Assembly (NCBI GenBank): GCA_005239675.1
Contig: SBBO01000020.1
Location: forward strand, 13,627 to 77,626
From: Planctomycetales bacterium
GTDB taxonomy: Bacteria; Omnitrophota; Gorgyraeia; Zapsychrales; Zapsychraceae
DNA length: 64,000 bases
Direction of reading: 5' to 3'
Shown: piece after piece, positions 1-9,723 of the stretch
Position numbering within the stretch: position 1 is the stretch's first letter
Layout of the letters: each line of letters begins with the position of its first letter
Translations under genes and position numbers: made by a program
Notes under the pieces: generated by a model
The model's database searches: none
What the model was told of the DNA's origin: nothing
Seen by the model: only the letters and a program-made list of their open reading frames with translations

Positions 1-647
1 ATATTAAGACAGCCGTAGGCACTAGCCATTTTACCGTATGCGTGCCAACGGGTCAGGCGGTTATTGAAACAGCCCTGTGTGGACTTCACAATGTGTACAA
101 TATCCTGGCCGCTATTGGTGTTTGTTACAATGAAGGCATTACGCTTCCCGAGATCGTACGGGGAATTGCGCGTCTTAAGTATGTGCCAGGGCGGCTGGAG
201 CGCCTCGAGAGCCCTAAGGGGTTTTCAGTTTTTATCGATTACGCGCATACCGAGGATGCGTTAAAAAACGTCCTTGAGGCGCTGCGTCACCTTAAGCCTC
301 GCAGGATCATTACGGTCTTTGGATGTGGTGGAGACAGGGATAAGACAAAACGTCCGAAGATGGGGGCAGTGGCAAGCGAACTCTCCGATATTGTCATTGT
401 GACCAATGATAACCCGCGCAGCGAAGACCCAGCGTCGATTGTCGCGCAAATCATTGCTGGTTTTTCCCGGGAGGATTATCAGGTCGTGATGGATAGGGAA
501 GAGGCTATTAAAACCGCGATCACCATTGCCACCCACGGCGATATTGTCCTTATCGCAGGCAAGGGGCATGAGGATTACCAGATTTTTAAAGATAAAACCG
601 TTTCGTTTAATGAACACGCTATTGTGCGCAAGTATTTAACATGCTGA
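1..647 (+). CDS. murE: UDP-N-acetylmuramoyl-tripeptide synthetase MurE, C-terminal part. The 5' end lies outside the window; the reading frame is open from position 3.
   Basis: The frame is open from the window edge. The translation ...NVYNILAAIGV...LKYVPGRLERL...VFIDYAHTEDAL...FGCGGDRDKTKRP...DNPRSEDP is a Mur-ligase C-terminal domain. The stop overlaps the murF start (ATGCTGA). Confidence 0.85.
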   Translation, partial: IKTAVGTSHFTVCVPTGQAVIETALCGLHNVYNILAAIGVCYNEGITLPEIVRGIARLKYVPGRLERLESPKGFSVFIDYAHTEDALKNVLEALRHLKPRRIITVFGCGGDRDKTKRPKMGAVASELSDIVIVTNDNPRSEDPASIVAQIIAGFSREDYQVVMDREEAIKTAITIATHGDIVLIAGKGHEDYQIFKDKTVSFNEHAIVRKYLTC

Positions 648-2014
648 CCTTAGAGCAGGTTTTGGCGGCGACCGGTGGCACATTGCTTTGTGGTGGTACC
701 AGACGATATCTGCGTGGGGTCTCCATTGATTCGCGCACCATTCGCCGCGGCGATATTTTTATTGCTATCCGCGGCAAACGCCTCGACGGCCACCAATTTC
801 TTCGCCAGGCTGTCAAGGGGGGTGCTGGCCTAGTGATCATTTCTCGTAAGATTCCTTTTCCTAAGGATATGGCGGTTATTCATGTTAAAGATACGACCAT
901 GGCCTTGGGGCAGATTGCCGCCAGCTACCGCGAGCGCTTTGACATTCCTGTTGTCGCTATCACCGGCAGCGCCGGTAAGACAACGACTAAAGACATGATT
1001 GCCGCGGCCTTGGCCACCAAGTTTAAGGTGTTGAAAAATGCCCAGACCTTGAACAACCAATACGGCGTTGCCTTGACCGTGCTCGGATTAAGACCATCCC
1101 ATGAGGCATTGGTCATTGAACTGGGGACCAGCCATCCCGGAGAGATACAATGGCTCACGCGCATCGTCCAGCCAACCGTAGCCGTTTTAACTAACATCGG
1201 TGAATCCCACCTCGCCGGCCTTAGGAGTCCTCAGGGCGTCTATCAGGAGAAATCTGCTATTTTCCGCAAAATGGATCCACAAGGGCATGTGATCTTTAAT
1301 AGCGATGATTCATGGCTAATGAAGATCCCTACAGAGAAAAGACACCCTACCATCATTACCTATGGCATCCAGCATCCAGCAGATTTTCGGGCCCAGGATA
1401 TCACCATTCAAAATAATAGAAAAATGTGTTTTCACGTCCAACGACATAGATTTATATTAGATACACCGGCAGGACACGGCGCATACAACGCGTTGGCGGC
1501 GATTGCCTGTGCACGATTATTGCGAATCAGTTATCCAGATATCCAAAACGCTTTAGGAGCGGTCAGATTTAAGAACCGCCGTCAACATATTCTTCGTAGC
1601 GGGGCTGTTACCATCATCGATGACACGTATAATTCTAACCCCGTGTCATTGTGTAGCGCCCTGAGGACCATCGATAGCCTGCAGACAAGCGGCCGAAAGA
1701 TCTTGGTGACGGCAGACATGTTGGAATTGGGTGTTCAAAGTCGGCGACTGCACGAACAAGAGGGTAGGATGATTGCCCGCTCCAGCGTTACTGTGGCGAT
1801 CACGATGGGAAAATTGTCCAGGTATGCCGCGCAGGCCCTTCGGCAGGCGAATCCGCATAAGGAGGTGTTTCATTGTCGCTCCATTCACGGAATTTACGGC
1901 CGCTTAAGGCATTGGTGTCGGCCTGGCGATATTGTCCTGGTCAAGGGATCGCGGGCGATGCGGATGGAACGGGTTGTCGAATTTCTTCAACGTTATTTTT
2001 CTAAAAGACGCTGA
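641..2014 (+). CDS. murF: UDP-MurNAc-pentapeptide synthetase MurF
   Basis: 457 aa. The P-loop GSAGKTTTK and the Mur-ligase middle and C-terminal domains are present. The start overlaps the murE stop. Confidence 0.88.
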   Translation: MLTLEQVLAATGGTLLCGGTRRYLRGVSIDSRTIRRGDIFIAIRGKRLDGHQFLRQAVKGGAGLVIISRKIPFPKDMAVIHVKDTTMALGQIAASYRERFDIPVVAITGSAGKTTTKDMIAAALATKFKVLKNAQTLNNQYGVALTVLGLRPSHEALVIELGTSHPGEIQWLTRIVQPTVAVLTNIGESHLAGLRSPQGVYQEKSAIFRKMDPQGHVIFNSDDSWLMKIPTEKRHPTIITYGIQHPADFRAQDITIQNNRKMCFHVQRHRFILDTPAGHGAYNALAAIACARLLRISYPDIQNALGAVRFKNRRQHILRSGAVTIIDDTYNSNPVSLCSALRTIDSLQTSGRKILVTADMLELGVQSRRLHEQEGRMIARSSVTVAITMGKLSRYAAQALRQANPHKEVFHCRSIHGIYGRLRHWCRPGDIVLVKGSRAMRMERVVEFLQRYFSKRR

Positions 2015-2026
2015 GAGGACGAACGG

Positions 2027-3115
2027 ATGTTTTATTATTTGTCACAATTGCGCGATGTATTTTTTGGATTCAATATTTTTCGTTATATTACCTTCCGAGC
2101 GGCCATGGCAGGGTTGACAACGTTTATCCTATGCCTTGTCCTGGCCCCGTGGTTTATCCGTAAACTTAAGAAATTTAAAATTCGCGAGATCACCAAACGC
2201 GAGGATTGCCCCGACCTCGATCAATTTCAGCATTCCAAGCAAGGAACGCCTACCATGGGTGGAATCTTTATTATTGGGACCATCCTTGTCGCGACTCTCC
2301 TTTGGGCCAATCTCAGCAATCCGTACGTCCTTCTTACCATGTTCACCTGTGTTTATCTGGCGGTCCTGGGTGGTATTGACGATTATGTCAAACTGACACA
2401 TCAGGGCTCCCGGCGCGGTCTATCTAAACGCACAAAATTGTTATGGGAAATCCTCCTGGGATGTTTCATCGGTTCTTACGTGTATTTTAATCCGGCGACC
2501 TTAACGACGCTGGACGTGCCGTTCTTCAAGGAGTTCGCGATGGACTTGGGTATTTTGTATATCCCCTTTGCGGCGCTGATCGTCGTGGGCACCTCCAATG
2601 CCGTCAACTTGACGGACGGGCTTGATGGATTAGCCATCGGATCTGTCCTAATGGTGAGTTTAACTTTGGCGATCCTAAGCTATCTTACAGGACATGCGCA
2701 GTTTAGCGGGTACTTGTTTATTCCCTTTATCCCTGGGGCAGGGGAATTAAGCGTTGTATGCGCCGCGATTCTAGGGGCGAGCCTAGGGTTTCTTTGGTTC
2801 AATTGTCCGCCGGCCTGTGTTTTTATGGGAGATACGGGATCATTGTCCTTAGGCGGGACCCTAGGGATTATCGCGGTCCTCATTAAAAAGGAATTGCTCC
2901 TGGTTATTATGGGCGGCGTATTTGTTGCTGAGGCCTTGTCCGTCATTATCCAAGTTATTTCGTTTCGAGTATTTCATAAAAGAGTTTTTAAGATGTCTCC
3001 TTTGCATCATCATTTACAATTGTCAGGATGGCATGAGTCGCAGATTATCATTCGTTTTTGGATTATTGCCATTGTCTTGGCCATCGTCACTTTGATGACA
3101 TTAAAGATTCGTTGA
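2027..3115 (+). CDS. mraY: phospho-N-acetylmuramoyl-pentapeptide transferase MraY
   Basis: 362 aa polytopic membrane protein. It carries the NLTDGLDGLA and MGDTGSL MraY motifs. GAGGA lies upstream of the ATG. Confidence 0.9.
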   Translation: MFYYLSQLRDVFFGFNIFRYITFRAAMAGLTTFILCLVLAPWFIRKLKKFKIREITKREDCPDLDQFQHSKQGTPTMGGIFIIGTILVATLLWANLSNPYVLLTMFTCVYLAVLGGIDDYVKLTHQGSRRGLSKRTKLLWEILLGCFIGSYVYFNPATLTTLDVPFFKEFAMDLGILYIPFAALIVVGTSNAVNLTDGLDGLAIGSVLMVSLTLAILSYLTGHAQFSGYLFIPFIPGAGELSVVCAAILGASLGFLWFNCPPACVFMGDTGSLSLGGTLGIIAVLIKKELLLVIMGGVFVAEALSVIIQVISFRVFHKRVFKMSPLHHHLQLSGWHESQIIIRFWIIAIVLAIVTLMTLKIR

Positions 3116-4428
3116 TGGACTTGCAGAATCAGCGTGTAACGATTTTAGGGGCTAAACTGAGCGGCATGGCGATGGCACGCCTGGTGACTCGTCGGGGCGG
3201 TCAAGCAAAGATTTCCGAGAGGATGACTGAGGATTCTGTACCGGCAGATTTCCGGCAATGGGCCCAACAGCAGCGGGTGGCGTGCCAGTTCCAAGGACAC
3301 ACACGCCCTTTTATTGAAGCCAGCGACTGGCTTGTGCTTAGCCCTGGTGTCCCTAAAGACATCCCGGCCGTTCATTGGGCCCAGGCGGATAATATTCCTG
3401 TCTTGGGCGAGATTGAATTTGCATTTCAATGGTGTGATAAACCCGTTATTGCGGTCACCGGCAGTAACGGCAAGACGACGGTGGCGACGCTCATTCATCA
3501 GGTCCTGGAGGCTGCCGGATATCGTTCGTGCTTATGCGGGAATATCGGCACACCCTTTTCCGATTATGTCTTGGATTTGTTTGATAAAGATTTCGTCGTC
3601 CTGGAAGTCAGTTCATTTCAATTAGAAACTATCCTTAGCCAGACCATGCTGCTAGGGAAGGGTGCTGGCATCAAGGGATTTAAACCTTACATCGCCGTCA
3701 TCCTTAACGTTAGCCAAAATCATCTGGACCGTCACAAAGATTTTCAGGAATATCTTGATGCCAAGAAAATGATTTTTATTAACCAAAAGGAGGGTGATTA
3801 CGCAGTTTTAAACGCCAAAGATGATCATTTGAAGCGGTTGGCCCAGGGGGTAAAATCCCAGGTGCGATATTTTGATCCCTCTTTGATGCCTCTAAAGGGC
3901 ATAGAGAGTAATCCTAACTTTGCGGCTGTTTGGGAGATTGCAAAAATCATCGGCATCAAAGAAGCAACCGTAAGTCAGGTGTTGCGGGATTTTAAAGGAG
4001 TTGAACATCGCCTAGAATGGGTGCGTCAAATCAATGGTGTTCATTTTATCAATGACTCGAAGGCAACGACCGCCCAGGCCGCTATCTGGGCGCTCGAACG
4101 GCTAAATGCCCCCGTTATCATGATCTGCGGGGGTCGTGATAAAAATATCGATTTCTCTGCCGCAGCGTCTCTTGTTCGTCAGAAAGTGAAGCGCATGCTT
4201 CTCATTGGCGAGGCCAGAAAGAAGCTCAGAGAGGTATTCAATGGACTGGTAACCATGGAAGAATGCGCCAGCCTTCCTGAGGCGGTCGCGCGGGCCAACG
4301 AGATCGCCCAAGCAGGGGATAGCGTTTTGTTGAGCCCCATGTGCGCCAGTTTCGACATGTTTGCCAATTACCAAGAGAGGGGACGTTGCTTTAAGGAGGC
4401 CGTCCATCATTTGTCCGACTATGCGTGA
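3115..4428 (+). CDS. murD: UDP-MurNAc-L-Ala--D-Glu ligase MurD
   Basis: The start ATG overlaps the mraY stop (TGATG). The motif GSNGKTT and the Mur-ligase C-terminal domain are present. The ORF track started the call at an upstream in-frame codon (3058). Confidence 0.85.
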   Translation: MDLQNQRVTILGAKLSGMAMARLVTRRGGQAKISERMTEDSVPADFRQWAQQQRVACQFQGHTRPFIEASDWLVLSPGVPKDIPAVHWAQADNIPVLGEIEFAFQWCDKPVIAVTGSNGKTTVATLIHQVLEAAGYRSCLCGNIGTPFSDYVLDLFDKDFVVLEVSSFQLETILSQTMLLGKGAGIKGFKPYIAVILNVSQNHLDRHKDFQEYLDAKKMIFINQKEGDYAVLNAKDDHLKRLAQGVKSQVRYFDPSLMPLKGIESNPNFAAVWEIAKIIGIKEATVSQVLRDFKGVEHRLEWVRQINGVHFINDSKATTAQAAIWALERLNAPVIMICGGRDKNIDFSAAASLVRQKVKRMLLIGEARKKLREVFNGLVTMEECASLPEAVARANEIAQAGDSVLLSPMCASFDMFANYQERGRCFKEAVHHLSDYA

Positions 4429-5509
4429 TATTCGTATATCCTTGGCTGCCCTGACGATCGTGTTCCTTTGTTTAGGGGCAGTGATGATTTACAGTGCCAG
4501 CGGGGTCTACGCCCTACGGGAATGGGGAGATAAGACCTATTTTCTCAATAGACACTTGGTGTTTTTGTTGATAGGACTTATAGTGACTATCGCGGTCATG
4601 GCTGTCGATTATCGGAACCTGCGGCCGTGGGCCAAGCCTTTGATTGTTGGTGTCCTGATTTTGCTGGTATTGGTCTTAATCCCCCACATTGGTAAGGCTA
4701 GTTACGGGGCCCGCCGTTGGTTTAAAATCGGCATGTTGAGTTTTCAGCCATCGGAGCTTGCCAAGTTGGTCTTGATAATTTATCTGGCAGATTTTCTGGC
4801 ACGAAAACCACATCGGGCAAGTCATTTTTGGGATGGATTCTTACCGCCGATCTTAATCTTGGGGGCCATGTGCTTGTTGATCGTTAAACAGCCAGATTTG
4901 GGCAGCAGTGTGCTTTTGGCAAGCATTACTATTCTTATGTTGTTTGTCGCTGGGGCAAGGCCTGCCCATATCATGGCCCTGGGGGCGTTGGCGCTGCCTT
5001 TAGTTTATTTTTTGATTGTCCGCGTGCCGTACCGTTTAGCGCGTATCCTTGCCTTTCTCGATCCGTGGCAAGACAGTCAGGGCATCGGATTTCAATTGAC
5101 GCAATCGCAGATCGCCCTGGGTTCAGGAGGTCTTTTTGGAGTAGGGTTAGGTCAGAGCGTCCAGAAACTTTTTTATCTACCGGCAGCTCACACGGATTTT
5201 ATTTTTTCCATTATCGGCGAAGAATTGGGGTTGGCAGGGACGCTGGGGTTTATTATTTTATATATCATTTTTATCTGGCAGGGGGCGCGGTTGGCCTCAC
5301 GCGTGACAGATCCCTTTGGTCATTATCTTGCGATAGGGATCGTAGCCATGCTCGGGTTGCAGACCGTGGTTAATATCGGGGTAAGCATTGGGGCAATACC
5401 TACCAAAGGACTGCCGCTTCCTTTTGTAAGCTATGGTGGATCAGCATTAGTTTTTAACATGATGGCCGTAGGGTTCTTATTGAATATTTCACGCGTGCAC
5501 GATCGATGA
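4421..5509 (+). CDS. ftsW: SEDS-family peptidoglycan glycosyltransferase FtsW
   Basis: About 10 TM helices with the FtsW/RodA signature near the C-terminus (PLPFVSYGGSA). Its position between murD and murG is canonical for FtsW. ATGCGTGA overlaps the murD stop. Confidence 0.85.
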   Translation: MRDIRISLAALTIVFLCLGAVMIYSASGVYALREWGDKTYFLNRHLVFLLIGLIVTIAVMAVDYRNLRPWAKPLIVGVLILLVLVLIPHIGKASYGARRWFKIGMLSFQPSELAKLVLIIYLADFLARKPHRASHFWDGFLPPILILGAMCLLIVKQPDLGSSVLLASITILMLFVAGARPAHIMALGALALPLVYFLIVRVPYRLARILAFLDPWQDSQGIGFQLTQSQIALGSGGLFGVGLGQSVQKLFYLPAAHTDFIFSIIGEELGLAGTLGFIILYIIFIWQGARLASRVTDPFGHYLAIGIVAMLGLQTVVNIGVSIGAIPTKGLPLPFVSYGGSALVFNMMAVGFLLNISRVHDR

Positions 5510-6591
5510 ATATTGTCATCGCCACAGGCGGTTCAGGAGGACACATCATCCCGGCGCTGCGGGTGGCCGATGAGTTGCGCCGGCATCAATGCAGCATTCG
5601 ATTTTTGGGGGCCTTTAATTTATGGAAGAAATCTATTGAGGACGCTGGGTTTTTGTACGATGAGCTAAGGGTGCGCGGTTTGGAGCTGTACCGGCCGCAT
5701 CGGCTGGCGCATGCACTATTTTTATTGATGAGGGCGACGTGGGTATCCTTGGGATTATTGAAGAAATATAATGTTGATGCCGTGGCGGGCTTTGGTGGCT
5801 ACGGCGCTTTTCCGGTTGTCCTTGCGGGGATTTGTTCTGGCCGACCCACGCTTATTCACGAGCAGAATGTCATACCTGGCCGGGCAAATAGCATTTTGTC
5901 CAGGTGGGTGGAGCGCATCACCATCAGTTTTCCCCAAAGTAGGAAGTTTTTTAATAATCAGCGTAAGATTATTTTTACGGGATGTCCTTCGCATGTCCCA
6001 TCGGTCGCGGTTGACCATAGCGCCCTATTGCAGAAATTTCATTTGGAAAAAGAGAAGAAAACGATTGTCGTTCTAGGGGGTAGTCAAGGTAGTCACCGGA
6101 TCAACGAAGTCTTTGTTCAGACAGTAAGAGAATTAAAAAAGAAAGTGGACATCCAGGTCATTCATCTGTGCGGAAAATCCGATTATGGGACATTAAAAAA
6201 TCAGTACGCGACATTGGCCATACCATTTGCCTTATTTGATTTTTTTGATAAGATGGAACACATTTACCCTTTAGCGGATATCGTGATTGGGCGTGCCGGT
6301 GCCGTTAGCGTAACGGAGTTGATTCATTTTCGCAGACCCTCGATTCTAATTCCGTATCCATACGCGTTTGGTCATCAGCGGTATAATGCGCAGGTGCTTA
6401 CACAAGCAGGAGTGGGACGTTTTATCGAGGAAAGAAATTTCTGCCATGAATGGCTTTTGGATGCAATTAAGGAAATGCTGGCCAAGCCCCCAGGGCTGGA
6501 GCAATGGGACCAACATTTTAACGAGATCCTGGGCCATGATGCGTCCTCTCAGCTGGCACAGGCAATTATGGGATTGAAACGATGTATTTAA
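5506..6591 (+). CDS. murG: UDP-GlcNAc:lipid I GlcNAc transferase MurG
   Basis: N-terminal GGSGGHIIPAL and the C-terminal GT-B fold. ATGA overlaps the ftsW stop. Confidence 0.88.
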   Translation: MNIVIATGGSGGHIIPALRVADELRRHQCSIRFLGAFNLWKKSIEDAGFLYDELRVRGLELYRPHRLAHALFLLMRATWVSLGLLKKYNVDAVAGFGGYGAFPVVLAGICSGRPTLIHEQNVIPGRANSILSRWVERITISFPQSRKFFNNQRKIIFTGCPSHVPSVAVDHSALLQKFHLEKEKKTIVVLGGSQGSHRINEVFVQTVRELKKKVDIQVIHLCGKSDYGTLKNQYATLAIPFALFDFFDKMEHIYPLADIVIGRAGAVSVTELIHFRRPSILIPYPYAFGHQRYNAQVLTQAGVGRFIEERNFCHEWLLDAIKEMLAKPPGLEQWDQHFNEILGHDASSQLAQAIMGLKRCI

Positions 6592-7358
6592 GAATTTTTG
6601 TATTGATGGCATGCCTGTCGTTGGCGTTAAATGGCGAGACTTGGGCCACCGAGAATTGGAAGGAGCGTAAGTCTACGCATTTTATCATTTATTACAATCA
6701 GGCACCAGCGGCTTTTATTGATAATGTTGAGGAAATGGCTGAATATTACTACAGCAAAATCGCTAGTGATATGGGGTTTACCCGTTATAAAAGTTGGAGC
6801 TGGGACAAACGGGCCAAGATTTATATTTTTGATAATGCTGAAGATTTTCAGAAATCCGGTGAGCTCCATTGGGCCGATGGGGTTACTTACAGTAGCGCCA
6901 AGATTATTCGCAGCTTCCCTGCCGCCCATGGATTCTTCGACTCAACCTTACCGCACGAATTAGCTCATATTATCTTCCGGGAATTTGTAGGGCTCAAGGC
7001 TAAGGTGCCGGTCTGGTTTGAGGAGGGCATCGCGATGTACCAGGAGAAGGCGAGACGCTGGGGCGCAGATGACATCGTGCGTCAGGCATTAAAAGATGGG
7101 ACATTCCTGTCGCTAGAAGAAATGGCCCAGATCCAGCTATCTGATAAAATGGATCTCAAGGTTATCAAGCTTATCTATGCCGAATCAGCGAGCGTCATCA
7201 ATTATTTGATCAACACATGGGGAAGGCAGCGTTTCGTCATGCTGTGTCGCAAATTACAAAATAACACTCAGTTCGAATGGGCGGTTCATTCTGTTTACAT
7301 TAATTTCAAGGATATTCAACAGTTGAATAAGGCGTGGGTCGCTTATCTCGGGCGATGA
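6582..7358 (+). CDS. secreted peptidase-MA-like (HExxH ... EG) putative zinc metallopeptidase embedded in the dcw cluster
   Basis: N-terminal signal peptide (MYLRIFVLMACLSLALNG). HELAH is an HExxH motif, followed about 25 aa later by WFEEGIAMY (a gluzincin third-ligand Glu). The gene overlaps the murG stop by 10 nt and the murC start by 4 nt. Confidence 0.6.
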   Translation: MYLRIFVLMACLSLALNGETWATENWKERKSTHFIIYYNQAPAAFIDNVEEMAEYYYSKIASDMGFTRYKSWSWDKRAKIYIFDNAEDFQKSGELHWADGVTYSSAKIIRSFPAAHGFFDSTLPHELAHIIFREFVGLKAKVPVWFEEGIAMYQEKARRWGADDIVRQALKDGTFLSLEEMAQIQLSDKMDLKVIKLIYAESASVINYLINTWGRQRFVMLCRKLQNNTQFEWAVHSVYINFKDIQQLNKAWVAYLGR

Positions 7359-8758
7359 ATAAACATTATCATTTGATTGGTATCGGCGGCATTGGCATGG
7401 GGACACTCGCTACCCTTCTTTTGAAGAAAGGGTATCAGGTCTCGGGATCCGACCTCTATGATAACCAGATGGTTGCAGAGCTTAAATGGCGGGGAGCACA
7501 TATCGCGATTGGTCATTGTGCCGCGAACATTACTGGAGCAGATTACGTCGTTTTTTCTTCGGCCATTGGCCCTGATAATGTTGAATTGCGCTCAGCCCGG
7601 CAGCAAGGCATTCCTGCCCTGCAGCGAGCGGAGCTATTGGCGGGACTGATGGAAGGGCATATCGGGATTACGGTCGCCGGGGCCCACGGCAAGACGACAA
7701 CGACCTCCATGATTTCTAATATGCTGATCCAAGCGGGTCTGCAGCCAACAACGGCTATTGGCGGGATTGTCCAGCGCGATGTGTTGGACGCCTTAGGCTA
7801 CCAGGCCAGTCTGGGGCAGGGCACTTATTTTGTCGCTGAGGTCGATGAAAGCGACGGATCGTTTCTGAGGTTTTCACCACAATATTCGGTTATTACCAAT
7901 ATTGATTTTGAACATGTGGATTATTTTCATAACTGGGACAATATCTTAGCTAGTTACCGCGATTTTATCCGTCGCACTAAAGCCAATGGTTTGTTGATTG
8001 CTTGCGGGGACGATAGTCGTTTGTCTGATCTTTTGTGTGAGAGCCCTTGTCCGGTCCATACTTATGGATTCGGATTAAAAAATGATACTGTGGCCAAAGA
8101 CATCCGGTTCAATCATTGTTGTGTCGATTTTGATTGCTGGATCGAAGGCCAGCCTTGGGGGAAAGTTCATTTACGTATTCCTGGGACGCACAATATCGCC
8201 AACGCTATGGCCTCTATTGCGCTGGGCACACACCTAGGCATTGCGCCGGAGGTAATTCGCCGGAGTTTAGCCAATTATGCGGGGGCAAAGCGACGTTTTC
8301 AGATTAAAAGTACCGCCGTTGACATTTGGATTGTGGATGATTACGCCCATCACCCAACCGAGATACGCTCGACATTGACGGCCGCCAGGCACATCGGTCG
8401 TAAGCGTCTGGTCACGGTCTTCCAGCCGCATCGATACACGCGCGTGAAATATCTTTGGGAGGAGATGGCAGCAAGTTTTAGGGATAGCGATTATATAATC
8501 CTCACGGATATTTACGCGGCCAGCGAATTGCCTATCGCAGGAATTACATCCGAACGATTAAAAGAAGACATCGCCTCGCAGGTATCGGCCCCTGTCGTTT
8601 ATCTAAAAAAAGAAATGGTTGTCCGTCATGTCTTAGACATGGCCAGGCCGGGGGATTTAATCATGATGATGGGCGCCGGCGATATTACTTATTTGGCCGA
8701 TGAAATGGCGCGGTCGTTGACGACACGAGAGATAGGGAGCGGGGCCATTAAGCAATGA
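7355..8758 (+). CDS. murC: UDP-N-acetylmuramate--L-alanine ligase MurC
   Basis: HLIGIGGIGM...GSD N-terminus, GAHGKTTTTSM P-loop, and the Mur-ligase C-terminal domain. The ATG at 7355 overlaps the upstream stop (ATGA). The ORF track used a GTG at 7334. Confidence 0.87.
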   Translation: MNKHYHLIGIGGIGMGTLATLLLKKGYQVSGSDLYDNQMVAELKWRGAHIAIGHCAANITGADYVVFSSAIGPDNVELRSARQQGIPALQRAELLAGLMEGHIGITVAGAHGKTTTTSMISNMLIQAGLQPTTAIGGIVQRDVLDALGYQASLGQGTYFVAEVDESDGSFLRFSPQYSVITNIDFEHVDYFHNWDNILASYRDFIRRTKANGLLIACGDDSRLSDLLCESPCPVHTYGFGLKNDTVAKDIRFNHCCVDFDCWIEGQPWGKVHLRIPGTHNIANAMASIALGTHLGIAPEVIRRSLANYAGAKRRFQIKSTAVDIWIVDDYAHHPTEIRSTLTAARHIGRKRLVTVFQPHRYTRVKYLWEEMAASFRDSDYIILTDIYAASELPIAGITSERLKEDIASQVSAPVVYLKKEMVVRHVLDMARPGDLIMMMGAGDITYLADEMARSLTTREIGSGAIKQ

Positions 8759-9723
8759 ACAATGAAGTCAAACAATTCGGTCGTATCGGTGTCCTGATGG
8801 GGGGATATTCTTCCGAACGGGAAATCTCTCTAAAATCAGGCCATGCGATCACTGAAGCCCTGCGTAGGCAAGGCTGCGATGTGATTGCGCTCGATATCGT
8901 TGAACAAGATCGAGAAAATATATTATCCTATATTCGGCAGCGGTCATTGGATCTGGCGTTTATTGCGCTACACGGGCGCCTGGGCGAAGATGGCACCATT
9001 CAGTCCGTCCTCGAGGAGCTTAACGTGGTGTACACGGGTTCCGGTGTTGTGTCCAGTCGAATCGCTATCGACAAGGTATTAACTCAGGACTTATTCCAGA
9101 AAAGTGGGATCATGGTTCCCGACCATATCAGCCTGTCTATGAAGGATACAGCGCGTCATGCCCGCGTTATCCGAGAAATAGATTTTTTTCCAGTTGTCGT
9201 CAAGCCTGCCAGGCAGGGTTCCAGCATTGGTATCAGTCTGGTGCGCGCGCCAGAAGGCCTCGCGGGGGCCGTGCGCGAGGCAGGGGAATACGACGACAAG
9301 ATCTTGGTCGAGCAATATATCCAGGGCAAAGAACTGACCGTTGGTGTCTTAGATAGAGAGGCGCTTCCCGTTATTGAAATCCGTCCCCAGGGGGAATTCT
9401 TCGATTTCACGTCGAAATATAGCTTAGGCAGAAGCGATTACATCATCCCGGCACCGTTATTGCCGGCGATTGCGGCCATGGTTAGTCAGATGGCGCTACG
9501 GGCGCACCAGGTCCTGGGATGTATGGATTTTTCGCGAGTGGATTTTATCCTAGCGGATGATGGTGTTCCCTATGTCTTGGAAGTCAATACGATTCCCGGA
9601 TTTACATCCACCAGCTTATTGCCGAAAGCAGCCCAGGCCATTGGCATTGATTTTGACCATCTATGCCTGCGGCTGGCAGGATTGGCGTATGATAAAAAAA
9701 AGAAGATCAAATACGTTTTCTAA
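8755..9723 (+). CDS. ddl: D-alanine--D-alanine ligase
   Basis: 322 aa with an ATP-grasp fold (GRIGVLMGGYSSEREISLKSG ... EVNTIPG). ATGA overlaps the murC stop. Confidence 0.88.
   Translation: MNNEVKQFGRIGVLMGGYSSEREISLKSGHAITEALRRQGCDVIALDIVEQDRENILSYIRQRSLDLAFIALHGRLGEDGTIQSVLEELNVVYTGSGVVSSRIAIDKVLTQDLFQKSGIMVPDHISLSMKDTARHARVIREIDFFPVVVKPARQGSSIGISLVRAPEGLAGAVREAGEYDDKILVEQYIQGKELTVGVLDREALPVIEIRPQGEFFDFTSKYSLGRSDYIIPAPLLPAIAAMVSQMALRAHQVLGCMDFSRVDFILADDGVPYVLEVNTIPGFTSTSLLPKAAQAIGIDFDHLCLRLAGLAYDKKKKIKYVF

Noticed and set aside
3058-3114. Upstream extensions of murD, ftsW (4361), ftsQ (9557), the DUF212 protein (29206), glyA (59204), purB (48078) and mnmA (41726) from the ORF track
   Set aside because: The extensions overlap the preceding gene or lack homologous N-termini. 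Internal ATGs with stop/start overlaps or better RBSs fit the family N-termini.
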